The notes beneath the pieces were generated by a model that saw nothing but the letters and a program-made list of their open reading frames with translations, was not told the DNA's origin and did no database searches. Positions 8,565 to 17,216 of a DNA stretch of 64,000 nucleotides are shown here, in pieces. This DNA is from Myxococcota bacterium (GTDB lineage: Bacteria; Myxococcota_A; Bradymonadia; UBA7976; UBA1532). Position numbers and translations under genes: made by a program. Where the stretch lies: NCBI GenBank assembly GCA_036337435.1, contig JAYZEG010000001.1, positions 132,969 through 196,968 on the forward strand, written 5' to 3'. Each line of letters starts with the position of its first letter. Position 1 is the first letter of the stretch.

Positions 8565-9803
8565 CTATGCGCCATACGCTGCGATAATGTCGAAGACTTC
8601 AGAGTCGGTCAAAACTCGATTTCGGCTTTTCGCAACATCGAGAATGTGTGCTGAGAGACCATCACGCTCTTCTACTTGATTGGTCTCCATCCAATACAAA
8701 ACATTGGAAAGACCACTCATGTGACCGATTTCAATCGCTTGATTTTTTCCAAATAAGCCGGCTGGAACCCCGCTATAAATACGGTCAGCCAACCAATGAT
8801 CACCTTTGCGCTGCGCTTTGATGACGGCCGCTGCATGAACGCCAGTAGCTGTTCTGAAGGCATCGTCGCCCATGACCGGATAACTCTGTGGGATCTCCCA
8901 ATTACAAGCGCGACTCACCGTTTCGCACCACTCGACCAAACTGGTCAGGTCATTGTCTATCTCGCCCATAAGTTTGAAATTGATGAGAATCTGATCGAGA
9001 GCTGCATTGCCAACTCGTTCACCGATGCCAAGTGCAGTGCCGTGGATTCGATCTGCACCAAACTCAGCAGCAAAAATCGTGTTGCAGACACCGAGGCCAC
9101 GGTCATTATGGCCATGCCAATCAATGCCGACCTCCTGACCGGACCCCTCGATGAGGTTACGCGTCCACCAAATCAGGTTGCGTACGCCATCGGGCGTCGC
9201 GTGACCCACCGTGTCGCACAAACAGAGTCGGTGAGCCCCTTTCTCAATGGCATTCAAGAACAAGGGCTGTAAGGTCTCTGGCCGACTTCTCACCGTATCC
9301 TCAGTAACGAAAGTGACTGGCAAACCTTCCCGATGGGCAAAAGAAATCGCCTCTCCGCTGAACTTCATCAGACGTTCGAAATCCCAGTCCTCCGCATATT
9401 GGCGAATCGGCGAGGTGCCGAGAAAAGCCAAAACCTCGATTTCAATTCCGACTCGTTGACTGATTTCAACGATAGGACGGATATCGTTGACATGGGTCCG
9501 TGCTGCACAGCTGGGCTGAATTTTCATATCCTGCTTCACGATTTCGCGTGCCAACGCTTCAACGTCGGCGACGGCACGTGACCCAGCCCCGGGCAATCCA
9601 AGATCAATGCTGTCGATCCCAAGGGCTTCTTCGAGTTCTAAAATTCGGATTTTATCGCTCAGCTGAGGGTCCGCGATCGACGGCCCCTGTATCCCATCTC
9701 GAAGCGTCTCATCGAGAAAACGAAGACCCGGCGCCAGGGACGAACGACGCCCCTTTAAATTCCAATTATAGATAAGTTGCGCTTCGGATAGCGAACGATT
9801 CAT
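8565..9803 (-). CDS. LeuA-family DRE-TIM acyl-CoA condensing enzyme (2-isopropylmalate/homocitrate synthase-like, short form)
   Basis: DETLRDGIQ, CDTVG, HGHNDRG, GIGERVGNA, TATGVHA. The start is placed at 9803 (TAATG overlap with the thiolase stop). No C-terminal regulatory domain. Confidence 0.85.
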   Translation of the reverse strand: MNRSLSEAQLIYNWNLKGRRSSLAPGLRFLDETLRDGIQGPSIADPQLSDKIRILELEEALGIDSIDLGLPGAGSRAVADVEALAREIVKQDMKIQPSCAARTHVNDIRPIVEISQRVGIEIEVLAFLGTSPIRQYAEDWDFERLMKFSGEAISFAHREGLPVTFVTEDTVRSRPETLQPLFLNAIEKGAHRLCLCDTVGHATPDGVRNLIWWTRNLIEGSGQEVGIDWHGHNDRGLGVCNTIFAAEFGADRIHGTALGIGERVGNAALDQILINFKLMGEIDNDLTSLVEWCETVSRACNWEIPQSYPVMGDDAFRTATGVHAAAVIKAQRKGDHWLADRIYSGVPAGLFGKNQAIEIGHMSGLSNVLYWMETNQVEERDGLSAHILDVAKSRNRVLTDSEVFDIIAAYGA

Positions 9804-10999
9804 TAAAGGGCCTCCACAATGACCGCAATCCCCTGTCCGCCGCCGATACAAGCACTGCCCAGCCCATAACGACCTCCACGCCGTTTCAACTCATAGAGAA
9901 GATGCGTTGTGATTCGTGTCCCTGAGGCACCAAGAGGATGACCCAAAGCAATCGCACCACCGTTGACGTTGGTGATCTCCCTGGGCAACTCTAATGCTTT
10001 TTCGCAGGCGAGGTATTGAGGTGCAAATGCTTCATTGACCTCGATGAGATCCATATCGCTTATGCTAAGTCCAGACCGGGCAAGGGCCGCACGCGCCGCC
10101 GGCACAGGCCCGATGCCCATGATCGTCGGATCACATCCACTCACGCCCCAATTAACCAGACGTCCGATGGGACTCAAACTGTTTTTCTCAGCATAGGTCA
10201 TCGTTGAGATAACCATTGCGCCGGCACCGTCACAAATCCCGCTGGCATTACCGGCGGTAACGACACCGTCCTTTTTGAAGACTGGCCTGAGTTTTGCCAT
10301 TTGTTCAACGCTTGCATCGGCCCGAGGATGTTCATCCACATCAAACACACTCGTCCCTTTTCGGGTTTTCAGTTCAATGGGCGCAATCTCCGCCTTAAAA
10401 AATCCATCATCGTTGGCCTTGCCCCAAGCTTGTTGACTTCGCTGAGCATATTGATCGCACTGTTCTCGGCTGATTTCGTATTTTTCAGCCAAATTCTCGG
10501 CGGTGATGGCCATTGGCATACCCGTGTAAGTATCCGTCAAGCATGACCACAATGAATCTTCCATCTCTGGTGCTCGTCCTAAGGGGAAACCAGTCCGGGC
10601 CCCGCGAACAATGTGAGGTGCTTGCGACATCGATTCCGTGCCGCCGACCAAAACCACGTCCGCATCGCCGCATAAGATCTCCCGAGCACCAGCGGTAATG
10701 GATTCAAATCCAGAACCGCACAGCCGATTGACAGCAACCGCGGGCACTCTTTGAGGTAAGCCCGTTCTGAGTCCGATGTGCCGTGCAAGATAAATAGCGT
10801 CTTTGGATGTCTGCATGACGTTGCCGAAGTAAACATGCCCAAAGTCATCTACATTCGCACCACTTTGAGCAATGGCGGCCTGCGCGGCATGAACGCCAAG
10901 GTCAGTTGCGCTCAATTTCTGAAGGCGTCCATTAAAAGTTCCAAATGCAGTGCGCTTTGCACCCAAGAAAACAATATCCGTGCTGAGTTTATTGGCCAT
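9803..10999 (-). CDS. acetyl-CoA C-acyltransferase (3-ketoacyl-CoA thiolase)
   Basis: NRLCGSG (catalytic Cys), GGTESMS, NEAFA, GHPLGASG, CIGGGQG. Confidence 0.96.
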   Translation of the reverse strand: MANKLSTDIVFLGAKRTAFGTFNGRLQKLSATDLGVHAAQAAIAQSGANVDDFGHVYFGNVMQTSKDAIYLARHIGLRTGLPQRVPAVAVNRLCGSGFESITAGAREILCGDADVVLVGGTESMSQAPHIVRGARTGFPLGRAPEMEDSLWSCLTDTYTGMPMAITAENLAEKYEISREQCDQYAQRSQQAWGKANDDGFFKAEIAPIELKTRKGTSVFDVDEHPRADASVEQMAKLRPVFKKDGVVTAGNASGICDGAGAMVISTMTYAEKNSLSPIGRLVNWGVSGCDPTIMGIGPVPAARAALARSGLSISDMDLIEVNEAFAPQYLACEKALELPREITNVNGGAIALGHPLGASGTRITTHLLYELKRRGGRYGLGSACIGGGQGIAVIVEAL

Positions 11000-11146
11000 C
11001 TCACCCGTCCTTCTTTATCGAAATAAAACAATGACCGTCGAATGCTCACTCCGGTCAGACAGCGCAGTTTAGCCAGATCAGGACCCGTCCGTCCAGCCCG
11101 ACCCGCCATCGAGTCAACGTTCAGAGTGTCAAAAGGATTTTGGCCG

Positions 11147-12097
11147 TTAAAACGATTCGTCAGAAATCGGTAAATAATAGAGATCCGATGCCCACTTTGA
11201 TGGCTGTTTATCCACGTTCATAACACCCTCTAGATGTTGAATCATGCGGCCGCAGCGTGCCATCAACGATATGGCACCTGGCACACCGGTTCGAGTGGTC
11301 GAAATCACAACACTGGATGTCCCCTCCGGCAGCACGTTCCGATACGCTTGAACGTAATTAAGGTCAGCGGGTAGACAGCAGAAAATGAAGCAGGTCGCTA
11401 AGGGATTATATCCATTTGCATAGGCGTGCGAGAATTCTCGCGGATCGATGACTCGGGTTGGTCCCAAGCCCATCTCAGAGATACGAATTGATAAATCAAG
11501 TCCGGCAGGTCGTGCCAGACCGGCGGCAAAGATCACGTAGTGAGTACAGTCGCCCAATTGGACTTGTTGAGGGACCCGGACGGAATAGTACGGTGCAAAT
11601 GGGCCACTTTGACCATTCACGACCGCCGCGAGCACAGTGTATGGGATCAGACGACAAATCGGAGGGACTGTGAGCGTTTTGAGACGCCGGTCGAGGACAA
11701 TGGCCTCATTGTCAGGTGCATACTCCCTCATCATTGATACCAGAGGTGCATCCACCGACTGGACGACAGCATGCACTGGGCTGTCGAGCTTTAAGGCATA
11801 GCGAAACGTCTTGAGAATATCATGGTGCCGACCTCCCCGGGACAGTAACAGTGTTCTGGTGTTGGGTGGAAGACGTCGACGCCGATATGTGTAAGGACTT
11901 AACGCCCATGCAGGGTGTCCTGACCGCTCATGCAACCGAGCCCATAAATCGGCTACCGGTCTCAAAGTACCGGCTGTGACGATGGCGAGCGGACCCGCAA
12001 GAGCCTTGCGAAATCTGTGCATTCTCCAGCCGACAAGGTTGGACTCTACGGCCTGACAAATCGCAATGGGCGACCCAGGGGACTTCTTATTGGTCAT
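11147..12097 (-). CDS. divergent double SIS (sugar isomerase-like) domain protein
   Basis: SIS-like elements LAIVTAG, LLLSRGGRHHDIL, and in the second half GLARPAGLDLSIRISEMGLG...DPREFSHA (compare GlmS/AgaS E..HG). Confidence 0.5.
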   Translation of the reverse strand: MTNKKSPGSPIAICQAVESNLVGWRMHRFRKALAGPLAIVTAGTLRPVADLWARLHERSGHPAWALSPYTYRRRRLPPNTRTLLLSRGGRHHDILKTFRYALKLDSPVHAVVQSVDAPLVSMMREYAPDNEAIVLDRRLKTLTVPPICRLIPYTVLAAVVNGQSGPFAPYYSVRVPQQVQLGDCTHYVIFAAGLARPAGLDLSIRISEMGLGPTRVIDPREFSHAYANGYNPLATCFIFCCLPADLNYVQAYRNVLPEGTSSVVISTTRTGVPGAISLMARCGRMIQHLEGVMNVDKQPSKWASDLYYLPISDESF

Positions 12098-12262
12098 AGT
12101 CCCTCAGCATCGTCACTAACCCAGATGGTTCAACATGACTGTCCGAGTGTGGAATTCGGCGACATGGAGACCATCTCATTCGCAATTGAATTGAATGCGC
12201 CGGGGATTGAAATTGAGACAACGGGGGCATACTGACGGATATGGCATCCATTGCGTTCAAAT

Positions 12263-13153
12263 TCACTGTGTCAACGGACTGTACCATTCTACCTCCAAGA
12301 TCGGGCCCCGCACAACACACCCCATGTCTGCTCCCCGTCGAATGGATCTCAGTTCAAGCCGCGCGCCACCCGGATGTCCTAAGCGTTGATTCGGTCCTTC
12401 GCCCCCTCGTTTCAGATACCCATGGGCTAATGCTGACTTAACCACTTGTGCGACATTTTCATCCTGAGCATAGCCATTGTGATACAGCATCTGCAAACGC
12501 ACCGTCACCTCATCTGCTGTAACCATCAATTCGCTCTCGATCACTCGGCGTGTTGACCGAACCGATGTAGATGATCGGAGCCATTTTGGAACCACACGAT
12601 CAAGCTTCAAAGGTTTTGGCTTTCGACATTTCCTCGGTGTTTTCGGCGGCTTCGGGCGACGATACCAATTGAGTTTAACGTCGGTTTGCCGGACCATTCC
12701 TGGCGGAGCGACAACACGGTCTATCGCCAACGACCAGCCCTTGAGCGGACCCTCATTTTTCTGGTCACGAGCAGGCATTTTCACACCTTTGAGCCCCACT
12801 TTAACCAAGGCGTCACCCAAGGCGCGATCAACATCAGCGTCAAGTCCGAACAGTCGAAAATGGAGCTCGATATCTTGAGTACCATTGCGAGCGGTCTGGT
12901 GCGTAGTCTGCGCGTGCTGAATGGAAATCGGCTTTGCCTCGAGCCCCTCGAGAAACCGAGTCCACCGTTTTGGTAAGATCTTTGGAACTGGAGCTGGGAT
13001 GCGATTATTGAATCTCTCTAATCTTTCGGTCGCAGAAAGACCTGTCTCTGTCTTTTGTTCGACCTTTTGGGGACCGACGGGTGCATCAGTGGAGGAACAG
13101 CCTGGGCTGAGCAGTAGACAACTTAAACCCAGGCAAAGGAGCAGTGAATTCAC
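12263..13153 (-). CDS. basic hypothetical lipoprotein
   Basis: Signal peptide ending LLSPG|C, Lys/Arg-rich body, GTGA-coupled to the exonuclease stop. Confidence 0.65.
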   Translation of the reverse strand: MNSLLLCLGLSCLLLSPGCSSTDAPVGPQKVEQKTETGLSATERLERFNNRIPAPVPKILPKRWTRFLEGLEAKPISIQHAQTTHQTARNGTQDIELHFRLFGLDADVDRALGDALVKVGLKGVKMPARDQKNEGPLKGWSLAIDRVVAPPGMVRQTDVKLNWYRRPKPPKTPRKCRKPKPLKLDRVVPKWLRSSTSVRSTRRVIESELMVTADEVTVRLQMLYHNGYAQDENVAQVVKSALAHGYLKRGGEGPNQRLGHPGGARLELRSIRRGADMGCVVRGPILEVEWYSPLTQ

Positions 13154-13707
13154 TCCAATCGATCCAATAGGTGTTCAAGCAAGTCTCGGGTTGCAACCGC
13201 ATCGCCCAGTGCGGTGTGCCTTAACTCACTCGGAGGCTCGATATCAAAATGAGCAAATGCGGCGTCAGACCCGGTGACATGGGCGGGCAGACGACCCACT
13301 GCAATCAGACCCCACATCAAGCTATGAGTATCGAGGGTTCGATGAGAGAAACATTGTGGGACCGGTCGGCCAACCATGGTGTAAAGCCGTCGCATGAAAG
13401 CCAGGTCAAATGCGACATTGTGACCACAGACCATCGGCCGACCATCTGGATGCACCTGGTTCAAAAATGCATCGACTTGCTCGCAAGCCTGCTCTGGAGA
13501 TACACCGTTCGCGGCCACGACCGCCGGATCGAGACGGTTGACGGCCAACGCTCTCGGATCTGAGATAATCTGTGGTTCGGCCACGGTGATTTCAAGTTGT
13601 TTAAGACCATCACCACTCACCAGACCAATCGTCATCAAACTGTGTTTGAGCGGATCCAACCCACCTGTCTCGGTATCGATAATCATTACATTGTTTAGTC
13701 GGTTCAT
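13150..13707 (-). CDS. DEDDh 3'-5' exonuclease (DnaQ/RNase T-like)
   Basis: ExoI IDTETGG, ExoII GHNVAFD, ExoIII HTALGDA. The start was moved to 13707 because the longer ORF overlaps the divergent regulator. Confidence 0.9.
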   Translation of the reverse strand: MNRLNNVMIIDTETGGLDPLKHSLMTIGLVSGDGLKQLEITVAEPQIISDPRALAVNRLDPAVVAANGVSPEQACEQVDAFLNQVHPDGRPMVCGHNVAFDLAFMRRLYTMVGRPVPQCFSHRTLDTHSLMWGLIAVGRLPAHVTGSDAAFAHFDIEPPSELRHTALGDAVATRDLLEHLLDRLE

Positions 13708-13862
13708 TTGACGAATATGCCACCAAGTTGCAGTAAGTGAAAGAGCCGATAATGAGCAGTGGCTGCACCCAATGTCACGAGCCATTGTAAAATTGCAGCT
13801 CAACCAGACGATTTGGATTAACGACCGTTGACTGAAGCGCTTGAACACATTAATCGATTGGC

Positions 13863-14537
13863 ATGACATGTATACTTCTGGTCGACGATGAACCGGCCAT
13901 AACAGAAAGTCTTGCCTACGCATTCGAACGCGTCGGTATTAAAAGTTTGAGTGCCAGCTGCTTGAGTGATGCGACACGGTTGTTCGAGTCGGAACTCATT
14001 GACCTGATCGTTCTCGACCTGGTTCTGCCGGACGGGAATGGTCTCGATTGGCTGAAAAAAATTCGTGCCTACTCACAAATTCCCGTCATCATTCTCTCGA
14101 GCCATGATGAAACCGTCGACCAGGTGGTTGGACTCGAGGTCGGTGCCGATGATTATGTGGGTAAACCATTTTCACCCAGGGCGATGATCGCGCGTGTCCG
14201 CGCCGTGCTCAGGCGGACTGAGACGACAGGTGTTAGCGTAACCAATGGAGTCCGGATAGACACCAATCGACGGCAGGCGTATTTGGATGAGCAGGCACTT
14301 CCCCTGTCGCGAACTGAATTTGACTTACTCCATTTATTCCTGAACGACCCTGGACGGGTTTTCGAACGCGACGATATTCTGACCGCCGTTTGGGGACCAG
14401 ATGTGTCTGTGACCGAACGAACCGTTGACGTTCACATCAAAAGTCTAAGAAAAAAATTGGCGGCAGCAGGCCAGGTTAGCGGACTCATTGAAACCGTCCG
14501 CGGTGTTGGCTATCGACTGGCTGAAACCGCGAACTAG
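13863..14537 (+). CDS. OmpR-family response regulator (CreB-like)
   Basis: LLVDDE, VLDLVLPDGNG, GADDYVGKPF, winged helix RTVDVHIKSLRKKL...TVRGVGY. Confidence 0.95.
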   Translation: MTCILLVDDEPAITESLAYAFERVGIKSLSASCLSDATRLFESELIDLIVLDLVLPDGNGLDWLKKIRAYSQIPVIILSSHDETVDQVVGLEVGADDYVGKPFSPRAMIARVRAVLRRTETTGVSVTNGVRIDTNRRQAYLDEQALPLSRTEFDLLHLFLNDPGRVFERDDILTAVWGPDVSVTERTVDVHIKSLRKKLAAAGQVSGLIETVRGVGYRLAETAN

Positions 14538-14540
14538 TCC

Positions 14541-15689
14541 ATGTTTAGTCGCGAATTTCTTCTTCTCTTTGGCGGCTTGATCGGTCTGGTCGGATTTGCC
14601 TTCGTTGGCAGCCGCTTCGTCCGTGCGTTCAGTCATGGCTTTTCGATTCGGTTGCAATTATTTTTTGCGATCTGGACCACATCGATGGTGGCGACTGGAA
14701 TGATCGGAGCTTGGGTCATTGATCGCCTCCAAGTGCGGGCGGCTGAACTGGCTTTGTCAGAAGACACAGCTGTGGGTGTGGTCCTCGAGATCATTCGAGA
14801 GTTTGGCCCAAAAATCGCCCTGATAACGACTTTGTTGGCCATCGGTGCAGGCAGTGCAGCATACTTTTTCGGGCGGGCTGTTGCAGAGCCGATTGAACGG
14901 CTAACCAGGGCCGCAGATGCCATCGCACGCGGGGATCGTCATGGCGCATTACCGAAGCCATCAGGACGAGAAGTGCGACAGCTGACGGCGGCTTTCGATT
15001 CCATGCGACGCTCCTTGGAGGACAAAAACCATATCGAACAATTCGTCGCCGACTTGTCCCACGAGCTCAAGAATCCTGTCTCAGCCATCAGAGCCGCAAC
15101 AGAGGTCTTGAATGAGGGGGCCATTGATGAACCGGATGCTCGGGACCGATTCTTAGGTCGAATCGACGAGGCAAGTCATCGGCTGGAACTCCTACTCAAC
15201 GACTTGCTGTCTCTGGCCCGACTGGAAGCCGGCGGCATCGAACCTGAGCGAAACTCACACTCCCTCGACGGGTTGGTTCGTCTTGCAATTGAGGGGTTGG
15301 CTGCCGAGCGTGAAGCAAAGGGATTAGAAATCATTGAACAGCTTAAGCCCATTCGCATTAAGGGTGACGGACCCTGGATTCGAAGAGCCATCGAAAATCT
15401 CGTCGTCAACAGCATCCGATACTCACCGCCCGGGGGCCAGATTCTTATCGAAGCCAAGACGGATGGAGAACTCGCAGTCATTCGTGTCACTGACGAAGGG
15501 CCTGGCGTTCCAGCAGCATTTCAAGACCGAATCTTTGAACGCTTTGTCACGGACCGAAAGGAATCCGATCAAACAGGCCTTGGCTTGGCGATCGTCCGCA
15601 GCGTCGCGGAGCTGCATGGTGGCAGGGCACGTCTGATTTCCCAACCGAATTCTGGTGGTTGCTTCGAATTCAGTATTCGGACCAGCTGA
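14541..15689 (+). CDS. HAMP-domain sensor histidine kinase (CreC-like)
   Basis: TM helices, HAMP domain, H-box LSHELKNP, N-box NLVVNSIRYS, DEGPG, FERF, GLGLAIV. Confidence 0.93.
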   Translation: MFSREFLLLFGGLIGLVGFAFVGSRFVRAFSHGFSIRLQLFFAIWTTSMVATGMIGAWVIDRLQVRAAELALSEDTAVGVVLEIIREFGPKIALITTLLAIGAGSAAYFFGRAVAEPIERLTRAADAIARGDRHGALPKPSGREVRQLTAAFDSMRRSLEDKNHIEQFVADLSHELKNPVSAIRAATEVLNEGAIDEPDARDRFLGRIDEASHRLELLLNDLLSLARLEAGGIEPERNSHSLDGLVRLAIEGLAAEREAKGLEIIEQLKPIRIKGDGPWIRRAIENLVVNSIRYSPPGGQILIEAKTDGELAVIRVTDEGPGVPAAFQDRIFERFVTDRKESDQTGLGLAIVRSVAELHGGRARLISQPNSGGCFEFSIRTS

Positions 15690-15701
15690 CCGAAGATGGG
15701 T

Positions 15702-16262
15702 TCAGCGAGACTCGGATTGCCCGCCAAATTGCTCCTCGTTTTTCGCTCGAATAAACTCTAACAATTGCGTTTGCGATTTGGGATTGGACAAAAGGCCAAG
15801 AAGTGAATGGAATTTTTTACGGTCGATCACGCGAAGATAGAGCGTTTTGAGGCTTGCTAAGCGATGGTTCTCATCGGTGATTAACCCCATCAGCTGATGA
15901 ACCTGCTGAGTCGTGAAGAAATGGTCTTGAGCCGCCACTTGGAGCACCGTTCTCTTACTCAACTGAGAGTCGATTGAGCGCATACTGTTCTCGATTTGGA
16001 CGAGTTCCGATTGGGTTGCAGGCCGGCGCGGGGCTGCTTTCGTCCGAACACACTCTGATCCCCCGTAGCGACTCAAGAGCGTATCGAGACCGGAGGCCAA
16101 TTGCTGGCGCACCATGGTATCAGGCACGCGCTGCGTGAGTTTTTTTAGAGCACCGACGTCCAGACGTATACTGGAATCAATAATCTCGTTCTCGTCTGCA
16201 AATGAATCCGTGGGTAAACCCAGAAACGATAAGATGATGAAAAAGCGAAAATGGAGTGCCAT
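15702..16262 (-). CDS. exported DUF4476-like helical protein
   Basis: Signal peptide from ATG 16262 (GAGG RBS). The C-terminal segment KRTVLQVA..HFFTTQQVHQLMGLI..ENHRLASLK.LY.RVID resembles DUF4476. Confidence 0.6.
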   Translation of the reverse strand: MALHFRFFIILSFLGLPTDSFADENEIIDSSIRLDVGALKKLTQRVPDTMVRQQLASGLDTLLSRYGGSECVRTKAAPRRPATQSELVQIENSMRSIDSQLSKRTVLQVAAQDHFFTTQQVHQLMGLITDENHRLASLKTLYLRVIDRKKFHSLLGLLSNPKSQTQLLEFIRAKNEEQFGGQSESR

Positions 16263-16380
16263 TGTTTTTCCTCTTTCGAGTGGCAATACTGCGGATTGTG
16301 TATGCTCAACACCGGACGAGGGTCTCATCATTCCATTGGGGAGTGCAAGCATCGCACGGTAATACAAAACAGGAGTAGAC

Positions 16381-17181
16381 ATGAGTGTCAGCGCGATATT
16401 TCGTCATGACTTACTGAAGGATAAGAACATTATCGTGACCGGTGGCGGTTCAGGAATCGGACTGGAAATCGTGAGAGAATGCAGCCGTTTAGGTGCTAAT
16501 TTAGCCATCGGCGCAAGAAAGATCGAGCGATTGGAAGCGGCTCGCGATGAACTGTTGGCTGCGGGTAATCAGGCTTACGCAGCAGCTTTAGACATCAGAG
16601 ACCCAGACGCTGTCTCGGCCTGGGTCGAAGACGTATCAGCCCGCTGGGACGGCCGTATTGACGTCCTAGTCAATAACGCAGGTGGGCAGTTTCCGTCACC
16701 GGCCGCAGCCATTCGTCCCAAGGGTTGGCGTGCTGTCGTGGATACAAATCTCAACGGAACCTGGTTTATGACTCAAGCCGTTGGTCAGAAGATGATGAAG
16801 ACCGACGGAGGCAAAATCATCAACATCGTTGCAAATATGTGGCGAGGTTTTCCAGGTATGGCGCACACTGGAGCAGCTCGTGCAGGTGTTGTTAATCTGA
16901 CAAAAACCCTAAGCCTGGAGTGGGCACGACATAATATCCTAGTGAACGCAGTGGCCCCGGGCGTCATTCGCTCAAGTGGCTTAGATACCTATCCCGAAGC
17001 AGTGCGAGCCTCGGTCGAGACCGAGGTGCCCAAGCACATCCCGCTCAAACGATTAGGCACGATGGATGATGTGGTTTGGTCCGTCGTCTATTTGGCCTCT
17101 CAAGCAGGTAACTACATTACCGGTGAGACAATTTGCGTCGATGGCGGACAAGCCCATTGGGGGACTGTATTTCCAGTTTAG
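16381..17181 (+). CDS. SDR oxidoreductase (trans-2-enoyl-CoA reductase / citronellol dehydrogenase-like)
   Basis: TGGGSGIG, LVNNAGGQF, GWRAVVDTNLNG, PGMAHTGAARAGV, VAPG, VDGG. AGGAG RBS. Confidence 0.9.
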   Translation: MSVSAIFRHDLLKDKNIIVTGGGSGIGLEIVRECSRLGANLAIGARKIERLEAARDELLAAGNQAYAAALDIRDPDAVSAWVEDVSARWDGRIDVLVNNAGGQFPSPAAAIRPKGWRAVVDTNLNGTWFMTQAVGQKMMKTDGGKIINIVANMWRGFPGMAHTGAARAGVVNLTKTLSLEWARHNILVNAVAPGVIRSSGLDTYPEAVRASVETEVPKHIPLKRLGTMDDVVWSVVYLASQAGNYITGETICVDGGQAHWGTVFPV

Positions 17182-17216
17182 CCGATAGAACCGAACATGT
17201 GAGGAGAGGCTTAGAA

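Noticed and set aside
12087..12320. 77-aa minus-strand ORF bridging the lipoprotein and SIS genes
   Set aside because: It overlaps both neighbours and has no recognisable motif. It cannot be supported without homology data.
13708..13923. N-terminal extensions in the ORF track (exonuclease; likewise LeuA-like, DUF4476-like, guaD, astA and the 17133, 20897 and 28221 ORFs)
   Set aside because: Most extensions overlap neighbouring genes, and all precede the family N-terminus or signal peptide. Downstream starts with an RBS or stop-start coupling fit better.
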